From the NCBI GenBank assembly GCA_023299885.1, contig JALZUS010000055.1, forward strand, positions 1 to 56,110: DNA of 56,110 bases, written 5' to 3'. The notes under the pieces were generated by a model that worked only from the letters and a program-made list of their open reading frames with translations, ran no database searches and had not been told where the DNA came from. The translations under genes were made by a program, and so were the position numbers. This document shows positions 1 to 9,468 of this stretch, piece by piece; the first letter of the stretch is position 1; the number at the start of each line of letters is the position of its first letter. The DNA comes from Bdellovibrionales bacterium. GTDB taxonomy: Bacteria; Bdellovibrionota; Bdellovibrionia; Bdellovibrionales; UBA1609.

Positions 1-96
1 AATGGGAGCAACCCAAGTGGCACACAAGCACCAGCTCCCCCCGTTATAGAGCCACCAACCGGCCGCCCTTCTATAGTTTTCTGGAATGAAGAGTAA
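1..96 (+). CDS. 3' end of a CDS truncated by the window edge (last 31 codons, ...NGSNPSGTQAPAPPVIEPPTGRPSIVFWNEE*). Product unknown; possibly the preceding gene of the secretion/pilus-assembly operon.
   Basis: Frame 1 is open from the window edge to TAA at 94-96. Same strand as the PilM/GspL-like gene and 105 nt upstream of it. Confidence 0.3.
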   Translation, partial: NGSNPSGTQAPAPPVIEPPTGRPSIVFWNEE

Positions 97-201
97 TATA
101 CGCCTTAAAAAATAGCAGCTATGATGCCTGAAAAGAGCGACACAACAAAAGTCTAGCTCTGCTTCGTTTCCTTATCCCCTATTGTATCTTATCATTTACA
201 T

Positions 202-1887
202 ATGATTTCTTTAGGTATTGATATAGGAAGCTCTGCTATTAAATTAGTAGAAATACAAAGCACTCGTGGCGATTACAAAATTTATAAGTATCAATCCTAT
301 AAGCTTGATGTAAATCCTAATGCCGATAACGAAATCCAAATTATAGAAACCTTAAAGCAAATTGCTGAAGACTATGCAGGCAAAGAGTACAAATGTGTTT
401 TAGGCATCAATGATTCATTAATTAGCCAAAGAAGTGTTACTTTCCCATTTAAAGAGCGTTTTAAAATATTTAAAAGTTTAGCTTTTGAGCTTGAAGACGA
501 CCTTCCTTTTGACCAAATGGAAACCTTTTACGACGCAAAAATTAAAAGGTTTATAGGCAACAGCGCTGAAGTCTTAGCTTCTGCCATCCCTAAGCACAGG
601 GTAGAAAAGGTTTATCAAGCCGCTAAAGACTCTGGTCTTAATATTTCTCATGTAGTGCCTAACGGCATCTCGCTTTACAATCTTTTTAGCGATATCAATG
701 CTGGCCCTCTATCATTTAAGGCTCAAGAAACTATTGGGATTGAAGCTGATGCAGAAAACCCAGAAGAAGCACTTGAGCCAGCATCACCTACCCACCAAGC
801 TCAGGCTATTTTAGAGTTAGGACAAAACTCATCATTGCTACTTATTAAAACTAGTGAATTTCTAGTAGAAACTCGTTTTATTGACTGGGGCCTAAAAGAT
901 GCTGCTAATGCTCATGCTCGCAAACAAAGTATGCATTTTAGTGAAGCTATGCAGGAGTTATTGGCTCATGGTGAAATTTTAATTAATGACACTGTCGCCA
1001 CTAAAGAAAAAGTAGCGCTTTCACAATCTTTAACTTCAAGTCTTGATGACCTACTGAGGCCTTTACGCTTTCATTTTGTAGAAATAGAAAAAAAGCACTC
1101 CGTTAATATCGGTCAGGTTTTTATTACTGGTGGAGCTAGTCTTGTTAAAAATATTGCTCCTTACCTTACACAAAAGATCGAGCTCCCTGTTGAGCCCACT
1201 CAATTTTTAGTGAGAAACCCAAAGTCATTAGTTAATTATAGTGAGTATGAAGGCCGCACATCAGGGGTAGCACTCGGGCTAGCCTTAGAAGGCCTTAAAA
1301 CTTCTACTAACCCTGCCTCTAACTTACTACAAGGTGATTTAGCTCCTTCTTCTGAAGGCTTTTCTAAAGCATGGGAACGCTGGTCGTATACAGCTATGCT
1401 ACTAGCCACTGCCTTTGTTTTGTTTTTTGTTTACGCTATTGTTAGAAACAATCTTTCTCAATCTATGGCTAACAAAGCTCATAGCGAAATGAAAAAACAA
1501 ATAGAATTAGTTATGAAAATTAAAGGCCGAAAAGCTAATTCAAGAAAAGCACTTAAGTTTATAAAGGAAAAAGAAAACCAAGAAAAACAAGCTCAATTAA
1601 CTAAAGACCTTGTAGATATGAACTCTTCTTTAGATGTACTCAATGCCATTAGCCAAAACAGCCCTAAAAGAAAACCTTCTAGTTATGAAATTAAGAGGCT
1701 TACTATAGAGAATTCTAGAGTAACTGTAGAAGGCGAAGCAAACTCTTCAACACTTTCACAGATTCAAGCAGGCCTTAAAAAAATTGCTACTGGAGATATT
1801 AAAAGTACTCGAACTAACTACTCTGCCCGCGCAGGATGGAGCCCCTTTAGCTATACATTTAAAATTGAAAGAAAGGGTCGCCTGTAA
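202..1887 (+). CDS. PilM/GspL-like actin-fold assembly protein fused to a transmembrane helix and a PilN/GspL-periplasmic-like C-terminal region
   Basis: The N-terminal ISLGIDIGSSAIKLVEI phosphate-binding motif and the later ITGGASLVKNIAPYL are typical of PilM-type actin-like proteins. A single TM helix (YTAMLLATAFVLFFVYAIV) is followed by a Lys-rich coiled-coil/periplasmic segment. The stop overlaps the next ATG (TAATG). Confidence 0.7.
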   Translation: MISLGIDIGSSAIKLVEIQSTRGDYKIYKYQSYKLDVNPNADNEIQIIETLKQIAEDYAGKEYKCVLGINDSLISQRSVTFPFKERFKIFKSLAFELEDDLPFDQMETFYDAKIKRFIGNSAEVLASAIPKHRVEKVYQAAKDSGLNISHVVPNGISLYNLFSDINAGPLSFKAQETIGIEADAENPEEALEPASPTHQAQAILELGQNSSLLLIKTSEFLVETRFIDWGLKDAANAHARKQSMHFSEAMQELLAHGEILINDTVATKEKVALSQSLTSSLDDLLRPLRFHFVEIEKKHSVNIGQVFITGGASLVKNIAPYLTQKIELPVEPTQFLVRNPKSLVNYSEYEGRTSGVALGLALEGLKTSTNPASNLLQGDLAPSSEGFSKAWERWSYTAMLLATAFVLFFVYAIVRNNLSQSMANKAHSEMKKQIELVMKIKGRKANSRKALKFIKEKENQEKQAQLTKDLVDMNSSLDVLNAISQNSPKRKPSSYEIKRLTIENSRVTVEGEANSSTLSQIQAGLKKIATGDIKSTRTNYSARAGWSPFSYTFKIERKGRL

Positions 1888-2525
1888 TGTTAGATAATAT
1901 TAAAGATAGCCTCAGCCAACTTAAAGGCCAAATACAAGAAAGCCCTGTTTATAACTCAATAAGAGAACGGTTTATACAGTTACCTGCAAAAGCACAAAAA
2001 GCCATCTTCATTGGCTCTGCAATACTTATTACTCTCTTATTGTTTTCATTGCCTTACTCTACTTACAGGTCATCACTAAAATACGATGCTGAGTATGCTG
2101 AAAAAAGACAAATCGTAAAAAAGCTACTAGCTATTAGTGCTCTGCCAACAACAAGCTCTCTTTCTAGCTTTAATACTGCTGACAGATTAAAAAGCTCTGC
2201 CACTCAAAAACTTATTGGGTTAAGGCTTGGCGAAGATACGCCTAGCTTTAGTGTGACTGTAGCCCCTAAAGGCTCTTATGCAAAAAAACCAATACAAGAG
2301 ACAGCCTTAGAAGTAGAGCTAAAAAACCTTAACCTTAAACAAGCTATTGCAGCTGGGCATAGCATTCAAAACATTATGCCTTTAGGTAAACTCACAGCAA
2401 TGAATATTTACCAGAGCCTTGATCAACCTAATTATTTAAATGCAAGATATACACTGAGTTACTTTCAGGCACCTAAACCAAATACCCCCAAAGCTGAAGA
2501 GCCTAAAAAGAGGAGAGGCCGCTAA
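1887..2525 (+). CDS. Bitopic inner-membrane protein in the PilO/GspM-like operon position
   Basis: A short cytoplasmic N-terminus precedes one TM helix (AIFIGSAILITLLLFSLPY). The gene is translationally coupled at both ends by overlapping stop/start codons. The family assignment rests on position and topology only. Confidence 0.45.
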   Translation: MLDNIKDSLSQLKGQIQESPVYNSIRERFIQLPAKAQKAIFIGSAILITLLLFSLPYSTYRSSLKYDAEYAEKRQIVKKLLAISALPTTSSLSSFNTADRLKSSATQKLIGLRLGEDTPSFSVTVAPKGSYAKKPIQETALEVELKNLNLKQAIAAGHSIQNIMPLGKLTAMNIYQSLDQPNYLNARYTLSYFQAPKPNTPKAEEPKKRRGR

Positions 2526-3508
2526 TGCCTTTAATAAAAAAAGCTTTTAACTTTATTATTTTTGTTCTTTTTAAAAACAAACTAAAGTGGCTTGTCTTTT
2601 GGATTGCTAGCTTTTTGTTTTTACTCTTTATGTTCCCATTTGGAGACTTAGGCGACCTAGTGACTTCAAAAGTAGCCGAGGCTACAAATAATAATGTTAT
2701 TTTTCAATTTGATGACATGAACTTTGCATTACCTCTCTCAGTAAATTTTAAAGACATCAGCTTTCAAAACAAAGGATCACAGGCCATTAAAGCTGATAGC
2801 CTAAAAGTGACTCCTTCTTTACTTTCTCTTTTAAAGTTAAAGCCAGGCTTTACAGCCTCAGCCCATCAGCTTTTTGATGGTGATTTAAATATTTCTCTAG
2901 CTAGCCAAGGTAAAAGTAACGACGGCAACCCTTTGCAAGGCATTGATATCAATTTTGATAAAATAAACCTTAAAAAAGTATCCTCAAGCATACCCTCTAA
3001 AGTGCCCTTACAGCTACAAGGCTTAATTACTGGCGCTATCACTGCTGCCATTGATCAAACTTTTAAAGAAGCTCCTGAAAGTGAATTTAATATAACATCT
3101 CCAGAAGTTTTACTTCTCCCTATCTCATTTAACCAAGGGGGCTTACAACTAGAGCTGCCACGAATGCAATGGAGTGCTCTAAAACTAAAAGGTCGCCTTA
3201 TCAATGATGAACTTATAATTGAAGACGGCGTGCTTGGCACCACTAAAGATAACCTTTCTTTACGCTTTAAAGGCACTATGGGCTTAAAGTTTATTGCTAA
3301 AGGAAAATCTATAGCTCCCAACTTTACTAGTTATGACTTAAGAATGGATGTGCAAACTGTAGGCGAAGTAGACCCAACACTAAAGTTAGCTTTTTTACCT
3401 ATTACTCAATTTAAAAGCGCTACTGTTGGTGGCGAGCGCTATTTATTTAAAGCCAGCTCAAGAAGTTTAAGAAGTAATCCTAATTTTTCTAAAATAAAAT
3501 CTTTGTAG
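2525..3508 (+). CDS. Membrane-anchored periplasmic protein in the GspN-like operon position
   Basis: N-terminal TM segments (FNFIIFVLF / LVFWIASFLFLLFMFPF) are followed by ~280 aa of soluble sequence. It is the last gene of a three-gene coupled set. No diagnostic motif was recognised. Confidence 0.35.
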   Translation: MPLIKKAFNFIIFVLFKNKLKWLVFWIASFLFLLFMFPFGDLGDLVTSKVAEATNNNVIFQFDDMNFALPLSVNFKDISFQNKGSQAIKADSLKVTPSLLSLLKLKPGFTASAHQLFDGDLNISLASQGKSNDGNPLQGIDINFDKINLKKVSSSIPSKVPLQLQGLITGAITAAIDQTFKEAPESEFNITSPEVLLLPISFNQGGLQLELPRMQWSALKLKGRLINDELIIEDGVLGTTKDNLSLRFKGTMGLKFIAKGKSIAPNFTSYDLRMDVQTVGEVDPTLKLAFLPITQFKSATVGGERYLFKASSRSLRSNPNFSKIKSL

Positions 3509-3525
3509 GCACAGGGCTTAAACAA

Positions 3526-3557
3526 TAAAAAAAGCAGCCCTTGAGCTGCTTTTTTTA
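3526..3557. terminator. Bidirectional rho-independent terminator between convergent genes
   Basis: An A-run precedes stem AGCAGC (3533-3538), loop CCTTGA and stem GCTGCT (3545-3550), followed by a T-run. It lies between the + operon end (3508) and the ssb end (3606). Confidence 0.6.
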
Positions 3558-3605
3558 TTATTAGTATTATTGGTCAGTATTATTTGGCTTTAAATAATAG
3601 CTGGC

Positions 3606-4025
3606 TTAGAACGGTAACTCATCTGATGAATCAAAGCTTGGCTCTGGTCCAAAATTATCAGCAAAACCTTTATTGTTATCGTTACCTGCTGATTGAGTAG
3701 CTCCTAAAAATTGTACTGTGTTAGCAACAATTTCAGTCGTGTACTTTTTTACGCCCTGGTCATCTTCCCAAGAACGAGTCTGAAGTTTTCCTTCTAAGTA
3801 AACTTGTCTTCCTTTTGATAAATATTTACCACATAACTCAGCTAGCTTTCCCCAAACAACAATTCTGTGCCACTCTGTGCGCTCTTGTTTTTGACCGTTT
3901 CTGTCGTTCCAGCTTTCGCTAGTAGCAACACTTAAACGAGCTACTGTTTGCTCTGGGCTGATGTTTTTTACTTCTGGATCTGCGCCTAAACGCCCCACTA
4001 CGATTACTTTATTTACACCTGCCAT
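3606..4025 (-). CDS. ssb: Single-stranded DNA-binding protein
   Basis: OB-fold N-terminus [18 protein letters not shown], the [10 protein letters not shown] motif, a Gly/Asn-rich linker and the acidic C-terminal tip SSDELPF. Confidence 0.95.
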   Translation of the reverse strand: MAGVNKVIVVGRLGADPEVKNISPEQTVARLSVATSESWNDRNGQKQERTEWHRIVVWGKLAELCGKYLSKGRQVYLEGKLQTRSWEDDQGVKKYTTEIVANTVQFLGATQSAGNDNNKGFADNFGPEPSFDSSDELPF

Positions 4026-4282
4026 ATTTTCCCCTTTTCTATATTAGGCTCATAATTAAATTAAGCCCTGTTAAATCATTGTCCTTTAGCGGACAAGAGA
4101 GCCTAAAATTAGGTTCTTTATAGAGCTATAGCAAGAGATTAAAGCCTGTGAAGCAGAGCTGTATTTTCTCAAGTCTTCTCAAAGGCCTAACACGAATTTT
4201 TATCTCTACCTGCTGCTTAATATATACTCACAAAAGTCTAGTCTAAGTATATCTCTGTGCTGAATTCTCATAAAATAGATTT

Positions 4283-4663
4283 ATGAAAAACTTAACTTTT
4301 ATAGCACTCACATTACTATTGCTCTCATGTTCTCTACATGAATCAGAAGGCCGCAAAGCTTTTAGAGAAGGCGGAGAAAACTTTCAACTGTCTTCATTAG
4401 GCACACCTGAAAACTGCCTTTTAACAACAGACTCTATCAGCCAAAGCCATACTGAGTTTATAGACCAACAGCTCTCTATTTTAGAAACTAAGAACTATGA
4501 CTATTATTTTATTTCTAAAGGTGAACCGTTTACTATTGTCTGTGAAAAATTAAATTCTGAAAACCTATCAAGTTCTTTTTATGATCGTTACCAAAATGAT
4601 AAAGATTATTTTTGGGACTGGGCCGAAAATATAAATACAACTGCAAAGGAAAGTTCTTTATGA
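4283..4663 (+). CDS. Hypothetical lipoprotein
   Basis: Signal peptide with lipobox LLLSC (MKNLTFIALTLLLLSCS). The stop overlaps the next gene's ATG (ATGA). Confidence 0.6.
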   Translation: MKNLTFIALTLLLLSCSLHESEGRKAFREGGENFQLSSLGTPENCLLTTDSISQSHTEFIDQQLSILETKNYDYYFISKGEPFTIVCEKLNSENLSSSFYDRYQNDKDYFWDWAENINTTAKESSL

Positions 4664-5631
4664 AATTTTTTATTCTTATTTTAATGTTTTGTTCTTTTAT
4701 AGCCCCAGCTCTTTCACATGCAGAAGTCAGTATACAAAAAGTTAAAGATAAAAAACTTTTAGTGTCCTCTGATTTTGAAGATTTAACCGAAGGCGAAATC
4801 TTTTATGTAATAGATACTAACTCTACAAAAAAAGGTGTTGCTAAAATTATTAAAGTTAAAGGTGACAGAGCTATTGCTATATTAGGAAAAGGCACGGCAG
4901 ACATTGGAGACTTTTTAAGTAAACGTGCCAAGGTAAGAAAAACAGTAAAACGTACTGTTAAAAAACCCACAAAGAAAGTCCGCAAATCCGCACCTGTTGC
5001 TGATGAGTTTGACCCAGATGATTATGATAGTGATTACGATTCCGACCAAAAAGTGTATAAAAACAGAAAAAAGAAAAGAAAAACCTACACTACTCACAAT
5101 GGCCATTACTTAGGAGCCATGGTTGGCTTTTCTAATTACACTCTTGATTCACAAATCACATCAACACAAGTAGCCAACATGACAGGCTCTGGGTTTTCTT
5201 TAAAAGCCTTTTATGACAGACCGCTTATTAGCTGGCTCAACTTAAGAGTTGAAGCCGGATACGAAAGCCTTAGTGTTGCCAATGAGTCTCAAACCTTTTG
5301 CGGCATCAACCAAGCCTGCTTTGCCAACTTAGCTTCACTTGCTGCTGATGTTTGGGGGCGTGTTCACTTTTTAAAAAGCTTAGATAAGTTTAAGCCATGG
5401 ATTGGCGGCGGCCTTTATGCTTTATTTCCATTATCTGATGATACTAATGCCTTAGATAAAGAGTCTTTAGGGCTGTCTTCTTCTTTCCAAATTGGTGGCG
5501 GCATTGATTGGCATATTAGCCCTGGAAAAATGATTCCTATACAAATTCAGTACTCTTTATTACCAAGTGCTGACTCCGCTGATGGAAACTTTATTTCTTT
5601 AAAAGTGGGTTATGGCTTTAGCTTTAAGTAG
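4660..5631 (+). CDS. Outer-membrane beta-barrel protein (OmpA/OmpX-like small barrel) with a Lys-rich, Asp/Tyr-rich low-complexity linker
   Basis: Signal peptide MKFFILILMFCSFIAPALSHA. The C-terminal ~170 aa show an alternating aromatic/hydrophobic strand pattern (FSLKAFY, LRVEAGYESL, SFQIGGGIDWHI, ISLKVGYGFSF). ATG 4660 overlaps the upstream stop. The ORF-track start at 4612 is an in-frame TTG alternative. Confidence 0.6.
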   Translation: MKFFILILMFCSFIAPALSHAEVSIQKVKDKKLLVSSDFEDLTEGEIFYVIDTNSTKKGVAKIIKVKGDRAIAILGKGTADIGDFLSKRAKVRKTVKRTVKKPTKKVRKSAPVADEFDPDDYDSDYDSDQKVYKNRKKKRKTYTTHNGHYLGAMVGFSNYTLDSQITSTQVANMTGSGFSLKAFYDRPLISWLNLRVEAGYESLSVANESQTFCGINQACFANLASLAADVWGRVHFLKSLDKFKPWIGGGLYALFPLSDDTNALDKESLGLSSSFQIGGGIDWHISPGKMIPIQIQYSLLPSADSADGNFISLKVGYGFSFK

Positions 5632-5636
5632 TGAGT

Positions 5637-5766
5637 ATATCCTCATAGAAAGTACCATAAGTGCCACATAAAGAAACTAAATGGATTTCTAATATCCATA
5701 AGTTTTCACAAGGCACTTCTTCTGTTTCATTAAGGCCACCTTTATAAAAAACATGGTGTGGGAAAT
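5637..5766. repeat. Direct repeat copy 1 (~130 nt): displaced, still in-frame 3' end of an M24 peptidase gene (minus strand)
   Basis: Near-identical to 9469-9599, with 4 substitutions and one 1-nt indel by eye. The minus-strand translation is FPHHVFYKGGLNETEEVPCENLWILEIHLVSLCGTYGTFYEDILTT*. Confidence 0.85.
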
Positions 5767-5849
5767 ATCCTTAGATAAGTTTAAGCCTTATAAAAATTTA
5801 ATTAACTAGGGCTGAGCTACAAGTGTTAACACTTGTAAAATGAGTGTTA

Positions 5850-6239
5850 TTAGTTAGTGCAAACAATGGTTTCAATAACAGTTATTCGCTGGCTACTTTT
5901 GGGCGACAGAAAATGTTCTGGCTCGCTGTTAGCATTTAACTGAAGTGTCCTACTAGATGAGTTTCTTGTGCTAAATGTACTGAAGTTACTTTTCCCTAAA
6001 AGGTTGCAAAGACCGATCATAGAGTTTGTTAATTTAGGAACATAGTAGGATTTAGTCGCAGATACAACTTTAGGGTCCTCTACTAGTATTGAGCCATCAG
6101 CGCCTGTTATAAGACGAGCCCTGAGCTCTATTCCGTTAACCTCTAGAGTGTAAGAAGTTTTTGTAAGCTCAATAGATTCAGCTGAAGCGACCCCCTGGTA
6201 AGCAATTAAAAATAATAATCCTAAAGCAATACTACTCAT
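5850..6239 (-). CDS. Hypothetical secreted protein (129 aa)
   Basis: Signal peptide MSSIALGLLFLIAYQGVASA. No recognisable motif. Confidence 0.5.
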   Translation of the reverse strand: MSSIALGLLFLIAYQGVASAESIELTKTSYTLEVNGIELRARLITGADGSILVEDPKVVSATKSYYVPKLTNSMIGLCNLLGKSNFSTFSTRNSSSRTLQLNANSEPEHFLSPKSSQRITVIETIVCTN

Positions 6240-6365
6240 ATTTATCTCCTAGATTGAGTTTAAAATTTTAGTTAATATGGATTACAACTAACATGAATTA
6301 ATATTTCAGTCTTGTAATATGAAAAGTTTATATTATTAGCTAGTGGGCTAGGATTGGTAGCGCAT

Positions 6366-7172
6366 CTAAAGCAAAACTATATCTGAGATCCATTCATAAT
6401 AGTCTTCATAAAGCACATTGGTGAAGGCAGAGAAACCACCACACATATTCATTTTGTAGACATTATCATAAACCATGGTCCCAAATGAAACTACACCAAT
6501 CAACATAGCTTCGCCTTCAGCAAAAGCCACAAGCGGACCACCGCTATCGCCCATGCATGGCGAGATCTCGTTGCCTTCGGATACAAAGACCGTTGCCCCT
6601 AGGTACGAGTAATTAGCTTCATAATCACTCTCTCCAATACGATCACTCCAGTAAGTTGAATTTGTGAAATCTGTAATTAAATTTAACTCAGCAGTCTTAT
6701 GCTTTATTATATAATCTCCAGAATCATACACTTCTTTAAGGGCTCCCCAAAACTGAGCAGAATCAAAATCACTTTGTTCTGCAGGGTCCGCTATTTCAAT
6801 AATAGAGACATTATCATCAAGATTAATGTCTTCTTCTAAAGTAAGTATAGCAAGGTCGCCCTCAGCTGTAGCTGCATCCCAATTATCGTAAATATCAACG
6901 TCTTTAACTGTGCCTATTAGGATTTGTTTGTTAGCCAGGTAGTCTACACCATATATAGGAAGTGTCTCCATAGAATCGCCTTCTGGGACCATGGCACAAT
7001 GAGCGGCTGTCAGTACATGCTTATCTGAAATAATAATACCTTGGCATTTACTCATTGGCTTGCTGAAGCTAACTTTCCAGGGCGCGTATTCGTTACTGTA
7101 AGCACCAAAGGCACTAGTGCTATAAAGAGTCATAGCAAATAAATAAATTATATAGTTTTTTAAGTTACTCAT
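6366..7172 (-). CDS. Secreted trypsin-like serine protease (S1 family)
   Basis: Signal peptide present. The catalytic triad motifs are VLTAAHC (His), GDLAILTL (Asp) and GDSGGPL (Ser). Confidence 0.9.
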   Translation of the reverse strand: MSNLKNYIIYLFAMTLYSTSAFGAYSNEYAPWKVSFSKPMSKCQGIIISDKHVLTAAHCAMVPEGDSMETLPIYGVDYLANKQILIGTVKDVDIYDNWDAATAEGDLAILTLEEDINLDDNVSIIEIADPAEQSDFDSAQFWGALKEVYDSGDYIIKHKTAELNLITDFTNSTYWSDRIGESDYEANYSYLGATVFVSEGNEISPCMGDSGGPLVAFAEGEAMLIGVVSFGTMVYDNVYKMNMCGGFSAFTNVLYEDYYEWISDIVLL

Positions 7173-7250
7173 GCTAGAGAACCTTCCATTTTATATTCTC
7201 TTTATCAAGAAAAATATTAAATCAACTGTCTATTATATTTTTTTCACCTA

Positions 7251-8015
7251 CTATGAAGGCTCATTAAGTTTTAATAGATGGAAATTAAGTCTAAGAATTG
7301 TTGTGTCAGATTTGTCATCGTCTTCAGATAGCCATAGGGCAAGCTCACGCTTAAAATCCATTATTTTTTTATTAGCTAAATCATATTTATAGTCTGGGAC
7401 TGACACAGTGATACCGGAAAAACTACAATCACTTGGCCTTGATATTAATACTTGCTTAGACTTATCCATGAGGCTTAACTGAGTATCAATGAAAGCTTTT
7501 GAAGTCTTATCAGATTTTGAAGCTGAAAAGTATTCGCCAGTGTGTCTAAACTGTCCATTTTCCACTAAAACCATTTTAAGCTTTTCAAGTAAGTTGAGTG
7601 TCTCTTGAACAAGCTCAATTGGTAGTGCTAGGTACTCTGCAATATCTTCTGGCTTTTTCTCAATACACTCTACTTCTAAGGCGCTTGCAATTGCATAGAA
7701 GTACCACTCAGAAGTTTGGTTAAGTTCTTCTTCGGTAAGGTCCCTGTACCTGTCATTTGTAAGCTTGTCAGAGCTATCAGTCTCAGTAGCTAATGATAAA
7801 AGTAGAGTCTGCTTAAGTCTCTTTTCAGTATTTAAATTTGTTAGTATTTTATCGGCAGTATCGAAAGTAAGTTTTCTTTTTCTAGATAATATTTTAGAAA
7901 GTATTGAGGGCTCAATATCTAGAATGGCAGCGAATGCACGCAGGGAAAACTTAAAGCCGTTACTTTTTCTGTGGTTAAAGCATTCACTTATGTAATCAAC
8001 TATTTCTTTACTCAT
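7251..8015 (-). CDS. TIGR02147/DUF4423-like protein with an N-terminal HTH-like segment
   Basis: The N-terminus FSLRAFAAILDIEPSILSKILSRKRKLT resembles the conserved opening of the TIGR02147 paralogous family as I remember it. Not verified by search. Confidence 0.5.
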   Translation of the reverse strand: MSKEIVDYISECFNHRKSNGFKFSLRAFAAILDIEPSILSKILSRKRKLTFDTADKILTNLNTEKRLKQTLLLSLATETDSSDKLTNDRYRDLTEEELNQTSEWYFYAIASALEVECIEKKPEDIAEYLALPIELVQETLNLLEKLKMVLVENGQFRHTGEYFSASKSDKTSKAFIDTQLSLMDKSKQVLISRPSDCSFSGITVSVPDYKYDLANKKIMDFKRELALWLSEDDDKSDTTILRLNFHLLKLNEPS

Positions 8016-8273
8016 TTAAAGACCTCACTCATGACAATTTAGACACATTAATTTTATTCTGAAACTTGATTACAAATAGTAAGTTTAAAAATATATTTTG
8101 AAAAGCAGTAACAGTTCTTAATTGTGTAAAAAATACTTTTATGTATATTAAAATAACACTCATGCCAGTTTTTATCCTGACAGGAAGCAACAGGTCAGGA
8201 TATAGCTATCAATAGCTTGGCAAGATTTTTGCTTTATTTAAATGTATGTCAAAAAACACATAAAGAGAAAAAA

Positions 8274-9338
8274 ATGAGTTTATTTAAAGTTACTAAAGTG
8301 GTGAGAATGTTTGCGTGTATCTGTGTGCTTGTAGCCTCGACGGTTTCACAGGCACAGCATACTGAAGGAAGCATAGAAAGAGTATTTAATAGAGATACGA
8401 CTGAGCTGCCTGTTTTGCAAAATGGTTTAGCATGGCAGCTCCTTAAAGATGGACATCGCTTTGCTGATCCTTCGCTTTATCAAGTAGTTAGCACAAAAGG
8501 ACTTAAAAATAAAGTAGTCATTGCTCCAAACCTTTCAGAGCTGCCCGCAGTGCCAGAGCGGTTTAAGTGGGTCAAGGTTGGTGGCTCGAAAAATAAATAT
8601 AAGCTTGTCGAAGCCCCGATAATTATGATTAACAAATTTTATGTTGATTCTCTTGCGGGTACATTTAATGCATTAAATAAACCTGATGCCTCTGATAACG
8701 TTAAACAAATATTAGTATTTCTCAGAAGAGCAATGAAGTTTTCTATTAATGATTCACTTAGACTCTTAGGCTTAAATTCTGAATCAGCTAATAGATTAAG
8801 TTCAGCACTTACAGAGCAAAGGTTTTTCGACTCAGATATTAATGTCTTAGACATTGAAATTGCCAAAGTTTTAAAGCTATATAATATTTCTTACAGTGAA
8901 GCTGATGTAAAATTTAGTAACTTTAATAACTCCAGCCAACCAAATTACGGGTTAGAGGCTAAAGGCTTTAAAGCCGTGGACATGATGGCTGATTTGATTG
9001 CTGCTAGACATACTTATATCGCATCATTCGAGTATTCTACTGGCAATGAAAGCAGCTTAACTAGCAGTCTGCAACGCATTTTGCCAAGATTGCTCTCTAA
9101 TTCTTTGCGTAGAGCTGGCTATTCTAATATTGATGCCAAAAAAGTAGCGGCTTCGATACTCAAATCAAGTGATACTGAAACTGCCTCTGCGAGCATACGT
9201 GCTAGTGACAATTGGCAGTGGGAACAAAAAGGCCAAGTCCTAAGAATTAGTGAGGAAAGCTCTCGTGAAAAAGTCAAAAAAATAAGGAAAACTAAAAGCA
9301 CCACTATAAGTTTATGCTCTAAAGCTTTAGATGGCTAA
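8274..9338 (+). CDS. Hypothetical secreted protein (~354 aa)
   Basis: ATG at 8274 gives the signal peptide MSLFKVTKVVRMFACICVLVASTVSQA. The ORF extends to TTG 8217. No motif recognised. Confidence 0.55.
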   Translation: MSLFKVTKVVRMFACICVLVASTVSQAQHTEGSIERVFNRDTTELPVLQNGLAWQLLKDGHRFADPSLYQVVSTKGLKNKVVIAPNLSELPAVPERFKWVKVGGSKNKYKLVEAPIIMINKFYVDSLAGTFNALNKPDASDNVKQILVFLRRAMKFSINDSLRLLGLNSESANRLSSALTEQRFFDSDINVLDIEIAKVLKLYNISYSEADVKFSNFNNSSQPNYGLEAKGFKAVDMMADLIAARHTYIASFEYSTGNESSLTSSLQRILPRLLSNSLRRAGYSNIDAKKVAASILKSSDTETASASIRASDNWQWEQKGQVLRISEESSREKVKKIRKTKSTTISLCSKALDG

Positions 9339-9377
9339 GTATTAGCTGTAAGGTTATTTTTTCAACCCAATAGTTCT

Positions 9378-9407
9378 AGCTCAGAGCCTTTTTTAGATCT
9401 CTGAGCT
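9378..9407 (+). terminator. Hairpin downstream of the 8274-9338 gene (possible terminator)
   Basis: Stem AGCTCAGAG (9378-9386) pairs with CTCTGAGCT (9399-9407) around a 12-nt loop. The downstream tract is only weakly T-rich. Confidence 0.35.
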
Positions 9408-9468
9408 TAATAATAAGATAAAAATACCATCCAGCAATCTCTACTAGATTAAGCTCTACCCTTTTAAA

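Noticed and set aside
4079-4096. Inverted repeat TTGTCC-N6-GGACAA upstream of ssb (possible operator or SOS box)
   Set aside because: The arms are only 6 bp and it does not match any LexA consensus I can recall. It is too weak to call.
5379-5787. Identical 18-mer CTTAGATAAGTTTAAGCC at 5379-5396 (inside the OMP gene) and 5770-5787 (3 nt inside the islet boundary)
   Set aside because: Its position at the junction is intriguing. However, a single 18-nt match in AT-rich DNA of this length could arise by chance. There is no second piece of evidence for recombination between these sites.
7171-7995. Plus-strand ORFs 7171-7392 and 7765-7995
   Set aside because: They are antisense to the trypsin-like protease start and the DUF4423-like gene. 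There are no supporting signals, and such frames stay open easily in AT-rich DNA.
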